Of a stretch of DNA of 64,000 nt, positions 9,577 to 18,930 are shown one piece after another. The stretch spans positions 22 to 64,021 of the forward strand of contig JBAUHQ010000291.1 of NCBI GenBank assembly GCA_049680365.1, read 5' to 3'. Under the pieces are notes generated by a model, which searched no databases, was not told where the DNA came from, and was given only the letters and a program-made list of their open reading frames with translations. A program made the translations under genes and the position numbers. How positions within the stretch are numbered: the first letter of the stretch is position 1; the number at the start of each line of letters is the position of its first letter. Source of the stretch: Pirellulaceae bacterium (GTDB lineage Bacteria > Planctomycetota > Planctomycetia > Pirellulales > Pirellulaceae).

Positions 9577-10101
9577 CTAAGCTCGAATCGTCTTCGCAAA
9601 TTCTTGAACGACTGGGCGTGTCGCCAGTCGCGGATTGACGTGCGGGCGTGCTTTCAACAGAGCCGCTTGTGCCTCGTCCATGCTCATGCCACGGTATTTC
9701 ATCAGCCAACACATCGCAATCGTTGCACTTCGTGCACGCCCCGCTTTGCAATGAATGTAAACCGACGCATCTTTTTGAACGTGTCGCTGAACAAATTCGA
9801 CCGCCAACTGCACGTCCCTTAGTTTTGGATGCGTGAAATCGGTCGTCGGAATGCGAAGCTGCTCGATGCCGTGCTGCGTGTACTCACTTTTCGGTCCAGC
9901 GTATTCCTCGCACGTATTAACGATTCCACGAACACCTTCCTCGTATAACCCTGGAACGTCACGCGCAAACGGATAGGCACCCACGATCACATGAGGGTCA
10001 ATACGGTCCCACCAATGACGAACTTTCAAAATCCTGCCCAGCAAAAAGTTCCAACCTAAGGTCGGATAGAAGACCGTTTGTGCGTAAAGACGTTCAAGCA
10101 T
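9577..10101 (-). CDS. Dual-specificity phosphatase, PTPMT1-like
   Basis: 174 aa. VYIHCKAGRARS matches the HCx5R(S/T) P-loop. The overall layout resembles PTPMT1 / phosphatidylglycerophosphatase-like DSPs. Confidence 0.8.
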   Translation of the reverse strand: MLERLYAQTVFYPTLGWNFLLGRILKVRHWWDRIDPHVIVGAYPFARDVPGLYEEGVRGIVNTCEEYAGPKSEYTQHGIEQLRIPTTDFTHPKLRDVQLAVEFVQRHVQKDASVYIHCKAGRARSATIAMCWLMKYRGMSMDEAQAALLKARPHVNPRLATRPVVQEFAKTIRA

Positions 10102-10153
10102 AAGTAGAAGGTGCGTGTCGGATGTGACAATTTCCGCGAGATAGACTCCGCCG

Positions 10154-10190
10154 AAAAAAAATGGCGAACCGAAAATTTTCGGTTCGCCAT
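10154..10190 (-). terminator. Rho-independent terminator after the beta-propeller gene
   Basis: The minus strand reads atggcgaaccgaaaa/ttttcggttcgccat, a perfect palindrome (about 13-bp stem) followed by an 8-T run. It lies 29 nt downstream of the stop at 10219. Confidence 0.8.
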
Positions 10191-10218
10191 CAAATTCTAT
10201 CAGTTTCGCCGCGTTCGT

Positions 10219-11736
10219 CTATTTCGACTCGGCAACGCAGTAAAGCTTACTACCCGATCGGATAAACAATTCACCATTGCTAACAGCCGGAGTGCCGCCG
10301 AATCCTGTTTCATCCGTGATGGTGTTGGTTGCAAGCAGTTCCATCTCTGGATTGGCAGTCAAAACATAGAACGTTCCCTTGGTTGACGTTACATACAATT
10401 TGCCTCCAACAAGTACCGGCGATGCGTAATCAATGTTCCGCGAAAAGCCTCCACCACCCCCGCCGCCGCGACCGCCGCCAAATCCACCACCCCCGCCGCC
10501 AAATCCACCACCGCCGCCACGACCACCTCCGAATCCACCACCTGGAGGCCCGCCGCCTTCTGCTCCACCGTCACCTCGTCCACCGTCACCTCGTCCACCC
10601 TCACCTCGACCGCCGCCATCCGCAGGAGGACCGCCGCCGGGACGACCACCACCTCCTCGCTCGGATCCTTCGGTCAGTCTTTTTTGTGCAACCTTCTTGC
10701 CTGATTCCGCGTCATAACAGGTCACAATTCCGCTGGCAAAACTAAAGAGATGCCCCTCGTGATAAACAGGCGTAGCAAATCGTCCAGGAATGTTCGCATC
10801 CCAAACCACCTGCGTATCATTGACGTCACCCTTGCCGCCAGCCTTCACCGCGACCGCCTCACCGCCACGTCCACCGGTCGCAAACACAACACCGTCTGCC
10901 CCCGGAGCCAAGCTGGCCGATGCCGACGTATCTTGTGTACCACGGGAATACCATCGCAGCTTGCCCGTTTCCGGATTCAGTCCCCACACTTCGCCCGGTA
11001 CACCGATTACTAGATCGCTTCGATCACCTGCTTTGACGATCAACGGCGTGCCCCAAGTGCTAGCCAAATCTGCGGCCGGCATTTTCCAAACTTCTTTGCC
11101 TGTTGTTTTATCGAATCCGTACATCGCTTCGCTTTCGTCCGAAGCGTTAACGATCAGCACGTCGTCGTGCAGCACGGGACTGGACGCCGATCCCCATCGC
11201 TGTTGCCCCGATCCCGTCCCCACGCTTTGTCGCCAAATCTCGTTGCCATCCAAATCAAAAGCCAGCACCCCGGTTTTACCGAAGAACACGAACACCATTT
11301 TCCCATCGCTCACAGGTGTATGACTCGCGTAGCCATGCGCTGGCACTCCCATGCCTTCGTACGGATCTTCAGGCAAAACGGCTTCGATTGCTTTGGACCA
11401 AACCTCTTTGCCATCGTTGCGATCTAGACATACAAGATGGCGTTTCAAGTCCTCCATCTTTTCGTCTTTACCACCAACACCGTACCCGCTGTAGGCAGTG
11501 ACAAACACTTTGTCGCCAACAACAATCGGACTCGACACACCCTTTCCAGGCAAATCGGATTTCCATTTCAAATTGGAGTCGTCGCTCCATTCCAAAGGCG
11601 CTGCCACTGCGTCCGGGCTTACACCTGAACCGTTGGCGCCTAAGAATCGCGGCCAGTCTTCCGCCATCGATACACCAGTTAGTAGTAGCGTTGCTACCGT
11701 ACAACAACCAATTCTTTGCAAAACGACTCTTCGCAT
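10219..11736 (-). CDS. Exported PQQ-like (BamB-type) beta-propeller repeat protein with a Gly/Arg-rich insert
   Basis: Signal peptide MRRVVLQRIGCCTVATLLLTGVSMA, then DWPRFLG. Repeated V..G.V.. blade motifs are present. An insert of about 80 aa (GGGGRPGGG...GRGDGGRGDGG...FGGGRGGGGGGGF) precedes the last blade. The ATG at 11736 is preferred to the ORF-track start at 11907. Confidence 0.75.
   Translation of the reverse strand: MRRVVLQRIGCCTVATLLLTGVSMAEDWPRFLGANGSGVSPDAVAAPLEWSDDSNLKWKSDLPGKGVSSPIVVGDKVFVTAYSGYGVGGKDEKMEDLKRHLVCLDRNDGKEVWSKAIEAVLPEDPYEGMGVPAHGYASHTPVSDGKMVFVFFGKTGVLAFDLDGNEIWRQSVGTGSGQQRWGSASSPVLHDDVLIVNASDESEAMYGFDKTTGKEVWKMPAADLASTWGTPLIVKAGDRSDLVIGVPGEVWGLNPETGKLRWYSRGTQDTSASASLAPGADGVVFATGGRGGEAVAVKAGGKGDVNDTQVVWDANIPGRFATPVYHEGHLFSFASGIVTCYDAESGKKVAQKRLTEGSERGGGGRPGGGPPADGGGRGEGGRGDGGRGDGGAEGGGPPGGGFGGGRGGGGGFGGGGGGFGGGRGGGGGGGFSRNIDYASPVLVGGKLYVTSTKGTFYVLTANPEMELLATNTITDETGFGGTPAVSNGELFIRSGSKLYCVAESK
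10564..10608. repeat. 3 x 15-nt tandem repeat inside the Gly-rich coding insert
   Basis: tccaccgtcacctcg occurs twice, then tccaccctcacctcg. On the minus strand this encodes RGDGG-RGDGG-RGEGG-type units. Confidence 0.9.
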
Positions 11737-11860
11737 TTCAAAACTCCGGGAAAAGAATGGACAAGCACTGGGCGATTTCGAGAACATATCGCGGCGTGTC
11801 GTATTTAACCGGCCGAAACCAACAAAGTTGCGATGAATCGGCGATAATATACGAATTGCT

Positions 11861-12886
11861 TTAACGCAGTTGCCCCGACAACAATTCGTCCGCCTCCGAA
11901 TTGGCATTCTCCATCACAGCAGCAATCGAAACCGACGCACCGCCATTGGCCACACTTTGCTCCGCCGCCGCCATAAATGCATACAGATTGATTGTTTCGT
12001 TGGCATCAATGGGCACTTGCTGCGTCCGAAAGAACTTTGCGATTTCGATCGCTAGCGGTTGGTAGCCGTCGTACTTCCCAATATCCGCAATCGCTTTGGA
12101 TCCGAATGCCATCCCTCCGTAACCAGCTTTGCCTTTGCGAATCCCTCGAAACACGCCAATGCGTCCATCAGACCAACGACCCACGGCAACGTCCGCATCA
12201 TCCGTGATCGTCATCGACACCGAATCGCAGCCTGAACCCATGCACGTAAACAAAAGTTCGACCCCGTGAATGCCATACCAAAACAAACGACTGTGTGATG
12301 GCTCCAGTGAACATGGACTATACGCACTACAACCATGCACGTCGCCAATCTTGCCGTCGCGAATTTCTTGAGCACCTTTGCTGTACCGTAATGATGAACT
12401 ACTAAACATCGGCACGTTGTAGTGTTTGGCCGCGCGATAGATCGCAACGACTTCGCTTAACTGAGCACCAGCAGGTTTATCAATAAAAACCGGCTTACCC
12501 GCTTGGAAGACTTTCAAGGCCTGTTCCAAATGCAACGTTCCATCATTGGTTTCCAGCAAGACACCGTCAACCTTGGCAAGCAATGCATCGATCGAGTCAA
12601 CAATCTCGACATCCAAATCCCGAAGCTCTTCGGTGTACTTAGGAATCCGACTGTAACTGGATTCAATCTCGCGACTGCCGTGAGGATAGGCCGCGACGAC
12701 GCGACAATTCTGCATCTCGGGCAAAGCAGGCTCCGCATTGAACGATTTCGTAAACGCGGTCACATGCGACGTATCAAGTCCGATGATTCCCAGCCGAATT
12801 TCAGCAGGGTCTTTGGGTTCGGCGCCCTTCGTTTCCAAAGGCAGTGGCAAGACGCAACACAACAACAAAAACACTACGATTCGCAT
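11861..12886 (-). CDS. Gfo/Idh/MocA-family oxidoreductase, exported
   Basis: 341 aa with signal peptide MRIVVFLLLCCVLPLPL. IRLGIIGLDTSH and GKPVFIDKP are family motifs. Confidence 0.7.
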   Translation of the reverse strand: MRIVVFLLLCCVLPLPLETKGAEPKDPAEIRLGIIGLDTSHVTAFTKSFNAEPALPEMQNCRVVAAYPHGSREIESSYSRIPKYTEELRDLDVEIVDSIDALLAKVDGVLLETNDGTLHLEQALKVFQAGKPVFIDKPAGAQLSEVVAIYRAAKHYNVPMFSSSSLRYSKGAQEIRDGKIGDVHGCSAYSPCSLEPSHSRLFWYGIHGVELLFTCMGSGCDSVSMTITDDADVAVGRWSDGRIGVFRGIRKGKAGYGGMAFGSKAIADIGKYDGYQPLAIEIAKFFRTQQVPIDANETINLYAFMAAAEQSVANGGASVSIAAVMENANSEADELLSGQLR

Positions 12887-13113
12887 GACGTTCTTTTCCT
12901 TGGTTGTTTTTCCAACTCAGTACGGACGCACGTCACGATACATTGGAATGCCATTGAAGTATCATTGGTGGCAAAATTGTAGCGGCACTTTCATAGAAGA
13001 AGCAAAGTTATGGCTAGCCGTGGCTCCCTAAGGCTACAAGTTGCCGCTACAACGCGGTCTACGCATGTGCACACTGATACCCAAACAGCCGTCACTAGGG
13101 GACGTTATTGACA

Positions 13114-14565
13114 ATGAGCAGAACATTCAACTTGTTGTTCCTGTCGGCGATCCTCGCCGGTGTCGCATCTGCCGATCGTCGTCCCAATGTGCTGTTCATC
13201 GTCGCTGACGATCTGAATTGTGCGATCAGCCCCTACGGCGATCCCATCGCCGTGACACCTCACTTGACAGAACTTGCTGCTCGAGGCGTGACGTTCCGAC
13301 GTGCCTATTGCCAACAAGCCGTTTGTAATCCATCGCGATCATCTTTCTTAACCGGACTGCGACCAGAGACCGTCGGGGTCGACGATTTGCGCAAGGGATT
13401 TCGTGATACCGCACCGCACGGCAAGGATCTAGTCACCCTGCCGCAGCACTTTAAGAACCAAGGATACTTCTGTCAGAACATCGGCAAAATGTTTCACAAC
13501 ATGGGCGACCAGACTCACGACCCGGCTTCATGGTCGGTGCCAGAACTGTTGCACAAAGGCACGCACGGGGACGACACTTCGTTTGCGTTGACCTGGACAA
13601 AGAATCGCGAAGGCGACAACCGACCTTACAAAGCACCCGTGACGGAAGCTTTGGATATTCCTGATACGGTTTATCGGGACGGACAAATATCGCAGCACGC
13701 CGCGGAGATGCTGAGGAGCTACAAAGCCGAGAAGCCGTTCTTTTTGGCCGTTGGATTTTGGCGGCCGCACCTGCCCTTTGTCGCTCCACGGAAATACTGG
13801 GAACTGTACGAAGCAGACTCGATTCCCGCACCGCCATCGTCGCTGCCGCCAAAAAATTCACCCGAGATTGCAATCCACCCGTCACGAGAAATCAAAGGCT
13901 ACGGGCTGGTCCCTCAAGATCGTCCGTTCAATGATTCCGAAATCCAGCACTACCGCCATGGGTACTACGCGTCGATCAGCTTTATGGATGCACAAATCGG
14001 CAAACTACTGTCGGCGCTTCAGCAGGGTGGTCACGACAAAAACACCATCATTGTATTTACGTCGGATCATGGTTTTCACATCGGCGAAAAATCGCTCTGG
14101 GGCAAAACGTCTAATTTTGAACTCGATGCTCGCGTCCCTCTGATCGTCTGTGACCCAAGCAGACCAAGGACACACGGGCAAAGCACCGAATCATTGGCCG
14201 AGCTGATCGATCTCTATCCCACGATTGCCGAACTATCACAAACACAAAACAGACTTAGCGAAAGAATTGAAGGCGTGAGCTTGACGCCAATTTTGGACGA
14301 CACCAGCAAAACAGTGCAATCCGCCGCCTTCACACGCCACCAACAACCGTTCTACGGAACAAGCAAAAACTGGAAAGCATGGGGCCACTCAGTGCGCACC
14401 GATCGCTGGCGTTTCACACAGTGGCGTTCGATCGAAACCGGCGAAGTCATTGCCCGTGAGCTGTACGATCACAACAATGATCCGCATGAAACCGAAAACG
14501 TTGCCGATTCCACCCAAAACCGTGAAGAAATCAAACGCCTCGAACAATTGCTGACCGAAAACTAA
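13114..14565 (+). CDS. Sulfatase (iduronate-2-sulfatase-like, formylglycine type)
   Basis: Signal peptide, then RPNVLFIVADDL, then CNPSRSSFLTGLRP (the C-x-P-S-R signature), then FTSDHG. Confidence 0.9.
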   Translation: MSRTFNLLFLSAILAGVASADRRPNVLFIVADDLNCAISPYGDPIAVTPHLTELAARGVTFRRAYCQQAVCNPSRSSFLTGLRPETVGVDDLRKGFRDTAPHGKDLVTLPQHFKNQGYFCQNIGKMFHNMGDQTHDPASWSVPELLHKGTHGDDTSFALTWTKNREGDNRPYKAPVTEALDIPDTVYRDGQISQHAAEMLRSYKAEKPFFLAVGFWRPHLPFVAPRKYWELYEADSIPAPPSSLPPKNSPEIAIHPSREIKGYGLVPQDRPFNDSEIQHYRHGYYASISFMDAQIGKLLSALQQGGHDKNTIIVFTSDHGFHIGEKSLWGKTSNFELDARVPLIVCDPSRPRTHGQSTESLAELIDLYPTIAELSQTQNRLSERIEGVSLTPILDDTSKTVQSAAFTRHQQPFYGTSKNWKAWGHSVRTDRWRFTQWRSIETGEVIARELYDHNNDPHETENVADSTQNREEIKRLEQLLTEN

Positions 14566-14659
14566 GCCTCGCGAACGGAGCCGCGAGACTACGTTGACGC
14601 GACCTCCCAAACGATGCCGCAAGCCACGCGAGGAAATTATTCGCGATTCAAACTGGCGA

Positions 14660-16753
14660 CTAGTTCACCGGAATCAACTGCACCGCATCGACGATCACGT
14701 AACCGTCATCAGCCCCGTCGTTACTAATTTCAATCGTTGCCGTGTTGCCAAAGGGAAACACGCCGACGGTTTCCCAAGTGCCATCGTGTTTGGGCGTCTT
14801 GCGTTGATTGACCAATACTTTTGTATCGCCGACTGTAACGGGTACTTTCGTTGAACGGTTTTTGTTGGCCGTATAGCTAACACGAACTTCGTACTTGCCA
14901 GCCTTCGGCAAATCGATGGTCCAACTTGCTTTGCTAAGCACTTTTTCGGCCCCGCCATCGTGCAAGTACTCGCTCCCGACAAACGGATTCATGCTGTGGC
15001 TTCCGCTCCAACGACCCGACTTCGTTGCATCATCGTCGTCCGCCACCACCCCCGTCAACTTCGTCGGATCCAGCCCGCCGCTGGACACGAAAGGACCATC
15101 AAACTGCAAAACCTGCTTATCAGCAACAAGACGTTTCTCCAACTCCGCATAAGGAACATCCTGAACCGCGATATCTCGCTCGATCGACATCACCGCCGCA
15201 GTCGCAGCCGATTGTCCTAGGATCATAAAGACCGGTTCCATCCGAATCGAACCAAACGCGATGTGTGATGAAGAAATACAAACCGGCACCAACAGATTGG
15301 TACACTCGGCTTTTTTCGGAACGAGACTACCATACGAAATTCGATACGGCCGACCGGGATGCACGCCAATGTCACCTTCGTTTTGAACTGTTCCGTCTGG
15401 CTTGATGTAACGCTGCACATTGTGTGAATCCAACGTGTACGATCCCATGCCCACCGAATCGGTGACTTCGCGTGTCCCCATGCAGTCATGTTCAGTCATC
15501 ACATGCTGGCCGACCATTCGGCGAGCCTCACGCACATAAATCTGATGCGGCCAACCGCCGTTGTCAGTGAACTCGTCTTTGGGCAGCCCCCACTTTTTCA
15601 TCCGTGTCTGTATTTCCGCAGGCACTGACGGGTCGTTCGCGATGAAGTACATCAGTCCCTTTTGGTATTGCTCGTGTTCAGCAATGATCTCCTTGCGACG
15701 CTGATACGATCCATCCGGATAGTCATAGTTCATGCCGATGTTATCAGTACTGAAAGGCCCGTGATTGTTCGTGTCCGTTTTGTGGTTCGGGATCGGATCA
15801 AACTTGCCAAACGAGGCGCGCCAACCATAGGCAAAAACTCGTTTCATCAATTCGTACTGCGCCGGATCGTAACCATCGGGTTTTGGAAAAGGAATGCGGT
15901 TTTCCGGAGCGTCGGTCAAACACATCCGAAAACAGTACGCCTGTACGCGATGATCGCCTTCACCAAGCACGCCCGGCGGTTCCGCGCTGACTCGCGGTAA
16001 CACACCACTGCTAGGGTCGCCGGGAACAACATACGGATCGACCGCTTTTTCAAACCAATGTTTGTGGTGCAACACGCCGACTTGGACGCCGTTCCATTTT
16101 TCGTCGTAGACACTGTTGGCTTCGCGACCAACGTGATAACCAACACCAGCCGCAGCCATCAAGTCGCCTTCATACGTCGCATCGATATAACGTTTTCCGC
16201 CGAACGCCTTGCCACTCAACATTCGGATCTCCGTGATTACACCGTCCTTTACATCGACGCCCGATTCGCGATTCAACCATTCATCACGGTAAACCTTGAT
16301 TTTGTTCTCCGCGATCAAATCTTCAAACACCTTCTCCGCCACATGCGGTTCAAAGATCCACATCGTCCGAGCATCTTGATCCATCGCCGGGGAGCCTTGG
16401 CCGCGATTACCGTACTCGGAACGTTTTTGCTGGTTCCAAGCTTCGTCTTTGTCGTAGTGCTGCCAAATGCGATGATAGAAATCGCGTGCCAGTCCTCCGA
16501 CCGTTTCCTTTCGACCTGAATCAGTCCAACCCAATCCACCACTCGACAGACCACCCAAATGCTTATCAGGCCCCACTAAGATCACCGAATGATTCAGCTT
16601 GGCCGCTTGTACCGCAGCGATCACACCGGCCGATGTGCCCCCATAAACAATCACATCCGCTTGCTCCGCAGCGACTAACGGACGATTCACACTGGTGGTT
16701 AAGAAACAAAGCAAGGCCGTGAAAATAAAAAGGCAGGTTCGCACGATGGTCAC
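14660..16753 (-). CDS. FAD-dependent oxidoreductase (FAD_oxidored family) with a C-terminal beta-sandwich-like domain
   Basis: ADVIVYGGTSAGVIAAVQAA is a dinucleotide-binding motif, and GGLSSGGLGWTD follows. The ORF track extends to 16912, but the signal-like segment RTCLFIFTALLCFL argues for a GTG start at 16753 or 16744. Confidence 0.8.
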   Translation of the reverse strand: MTIVRTCLFIFTALLCFLTTSVNRPLVAAEQADVIVYGGTSAGVIAAVQAAKLNHSVILVGPDKHLGGLSSGGLGWTDSGRKETVGGLARDFYHRIWQHYDKDEAWNQQKRSEYGNRGQGSPAMDQDARTMWIFEPHVAEKVFEDLIAENKIKVYRDEWLNRESGVDVKDGVITEIRMLSGKAFGGKRYIDATYEGDLMAAAGVGYHVGREANSVYDEKWNGVQVGVLHHKHWFEKAVDPYVVPGDPSSGVLPRVSAEPPGVLGEGDHRVQAYCFRMCLTDAPENRIPFPKPDGYDPAQYELMKRVFAYGWRASFGKFDPIPNHKTDTNNHGPFSTDNIGMNYDYPDGSYQRRKEIIAEHEQYQKGLMYFIANDPSVPAEIQTRMKKWGLPKDEFTDNGGWPHQIYVREARRMVGQHVMTEHDCMGTREVTDSVGMGSYTLDSHNVQRYIKPDGTVQNEGDIGVHPGRPYRISYGSLVPKKAECTNLLVPVCISSSHIAFGSIRMEPVFMILGQSAATAAVMSIERDIAVQDVPYAELEKRLVADKQVLQFDGPFVSSGGLDPTKLTGVVADDDDATKSGRWSGSHSMNPFVGSEYLHDGGAEKVLSKASWTIDLPKAGKYEVRVSYTANKNRSTKVPVTVGDTKVLVNQRKTPKHDGTWETVGVFPFGNTATIEISNDGADDGYVIVDAVQLIPVN

Positions 16754-17040
16754 TCCATAAAGCGCGTCAAGAGGCAGGACAGGACCGACATCATACACAG
16801 ACTCGTCCAAGCGAACACAATCGGTACGACTGTCGTCCAGCATGAAGGGCACCCCCATTTGCACGCATCGACTGAAGACTCCTTCCAGTGTTGGTGCTGA
16901 CACGATACCCAATTAGCTGCGCGCTCCAAAAAGGGTAACAGTTTAGTCCCGTGCCGTTTCGGACGGTCTTGGCATCGGGCGGCGATAGTTCGTAATGTCG
17001 GTTTCCTGAGAGGAGATCGGTAGAGTTTTCGTCTTTCCCA

Positions 17041-17473
17041 AATCACGATGCTGGCTGCGGCCTCCCCAATTATTGCCCGCATGCTGCTAATGAGGCAATC
17101 TGCACACTGATAAACCTCGCCCCTGAGAATACGCAATATCTGGATTCCCTTCATCGCGAAATCGACGCCGAAAGGAAGAGCGTTTCCGAGTTGCTTCAAG
17201 AGATTGAAGATCTCAAACCCCAGCTTGCCTAAGCTCGAGGTCAAGCTTGAACGCCAGAATAAGTTTGCCACGAACAAGCAAAAGGACGCAAATCCTCAGG
17301 CGTCACAAACCGAGAGGGAAGGACCCAAGTCGCATGAATCCAAAAAACGAGGTGCGCCGGTTGGACATCCCAATTGGATTCGTCCCACCCCGCGTGAATT
17401 TGATTGGGACGTTGATGTTCCCGCACCTCGGCGCTGCCCTCATTGCGTCGCCAGAGAGATGACTTTGGTTTAA
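17041..17473 (+). mobile_element. IS66-family transposase N-terminal remnant, frameshifted and 3'-truncated (pseudogene)
   Basis: A coiled-coil segment ...LHREIDAERKSVSELLQEIEDLKPQLA stops at the TAA at 17230. It continues in the +1 frame as KLEVKLERQNK...SKKRGAPVGHPNW...RRCPHCV. This pattern is like LZ_Tnp_IS66 plus the start of zf-IS66. No DDE catalytic domain follows. Confidence 0.6.
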
Positions 17474-17580
17474 CGACCTATTCGACATCATCCATCTCCA
17501 GTGCTTGAGAAACTTTAATTCTCACTGCAATACCAGCGTTGACTTGGCCCACCCTTTCCGAAGTTCAGACCGAAAACAAC

Positions 17581-18921
17581 TCAACCAATGATCTCACTGA
17601 CGACACGACCGCCATCGGGGCCCGTGAGCCGATGATTGCGTCCTGCGTGGTGATAGGTCAGTTCGTTAGGTTTTAGCCCAAGCAAATGAAGGATCGTTGC
17701 GTGGAGGTCTCGGAAATGCATTTTACCTTCGACCGCACGGGCTCCGGTCGGATCAGTCTTGCCGTGTACAAAACCGGCTTTCACGCCTCCACCAGCCAAC
17801 CAATAGGTGAACCCTTTGAAGCCGTGCCCGGTTTCGTCTTTGCCGTCGTCAGGGATCAATCCGGGTCGTCCGAATTCGCCACCCCAAACAACAAGCGTGT
17901 CCTCCAACAGGCCTCGTGCGGCCAAGTCCTCCAAGAGCGCCGCAATCGGAGCGTCAACGGAGTCGCAGTTCGCTTTTAGGTCGCGACGATGGTTCTTGTG
18001 TTGATCCCATCCACCATGTTGGACTTCGATAAAGCGAACGCCTGCTTCGGCAAACCGTCGGGCCAGCAGGCATTGACGCCCGAAATCCGTCGGGCGACAT
18101 GTTCCTACCGAAAGTTTCTTGCCAACGCGGTATCGATCTAACGTTGCGGCCGTCTCATTGCTCAGATCCAGGATCGCAGGGGCAGACGTTTGCATGCGAA
18201 ACGCGAGTTCCATGGACTCGATCACGCCTTCCAGCTTTTGATTCTCCTGTCGCAACGCCGCGTGTTGACGGTTCATCGTTTGCACGAAATCTAACTGTGC
18301 TCGCTTGGCTTGTGCTGGCAAATGCCCTCCCGACACATTTCGGATCGTTGCCAAGGACATATTTTCGCCATTGGTTCCAATCGGAGTCCCTTCGAATTCC
18401 GTAGGCAGAAACACGCTGGAGTAAACCGATGGTTTGGCAGCGTTCAAACTGATGAATCCTGGCAGGTTTTCATTCTCGGTGCCCAGCCCATAGCTCACCC
18501 ATGACCCCAAGCTCGGGCGTTTTCGCAATCGTTCGCCTGTGTGCATCTGAAGAAATGATTGAGCGTGATTGCCAGTGTCGCAATGCATGCCTTGGAGAAT
18601 GCAAAGGCGGTCGACGTGCCTTGCCGTTTCGGGCATCAATTCCGAGACCCACAAGCCGGATTCGCCGTGCTGTGAAAACGGAAACACCGATCCGGCGTGC
18701 TTCTTCTTTCCGGTTTGCGGCTTGAAGTCAAACGTGTCCAGTTGCGCTGGGCCACCGCTCATGCACAGAAAAATGACACGCTTCGCTCGTGCCGGGACTT
18801 TGATCGCGCTCCTCATCGGCGCATTGCCGGCCATCGCAGTGGACTGACACAAGGCTTCCAGCGCCAAATAACCAAAACCGCACGATGCAGTTTGCAGCAT
18901 ATTGCGTCGCGAAAATTGCAT
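17581..18921 (-). CDS. DUF1501 protein (sulfatase-fold, Tat signal)
   Basis: 446 aa. [21 protein letters not shown] is Tat-like. [18 protein letters not shown] and WGGEFGR are typical DUF1501 motifs. Confidence 0.9.
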   Translation of the reverse strand: MQFSRRNMLQTASCGFGYLALEALCQSTAMAGNAPMRSAIKVPARAKRVIFLCMSGGPAQLDTFDFKPQTGKKKHAGSVFPFSQHGESGLWVSELMPETARHVDRLCILQGMHCDTGNHAQSFLQMHTGERLRKRPSLGSWVSYGLGTENENLPGFISLNAAKPSVYSSVFLPTEFEGTPIGTNGENMSLATIRNVSGGHLPAQAKRAQLDFVQTMNRQHAALRQENQKLEGVIESMELAFRMQTSAPAILDLSNETAATLDRYRVGKKLSVGTCRPTDFGRQCLLARRFAEAGVRFIEVQHGGWDQHKNHRRDLKANCDSVDAPIAALLEDLAARGLLEDTLVVWGGEFGRPGLIPDDGKDETGHGFKGFTYWLAGGGVKAGFVHGKTDPTGARAVEGKMHFRDLHATILHLLGLKPNELTYHHAGRNHRLTGPDGGRVVSEIIG

Positions 18922-18930
18922 CTCGTTCCC

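Noticed and set aside
10440-10680. CRISPR-like or minisatellite array
   Set aside because: The periodic repeats here and at 58911-58955 are 15-nt in-frame coding repeats with no spacers. No CRISPR array exists in the window.
10433-10717. Proline-rich 94-aa ORF (PPPPPPPRPPPNPPP...)
   Set aside because: It is the mirror-image reading of the Gly-rich insert of the minus-strand propeller gene. It has no independent start context.
16750-17277. 175-aa minus-strand ORF spanning the FAD-oxidoreductase leader and the IS66 remnant
   Set aside because: It has no motif. It overlaps the plus-strand IS66-like reading frames, which do show family similarity.
16913-17580. Direct repeat of the tRNA-His 3' end marking an island boundary
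   Set aside because: Only a 7-nt coincidence (ggattcg) inside the IS66 fragment was found. No att-like duplicate of the tRNA 3' end is visible.
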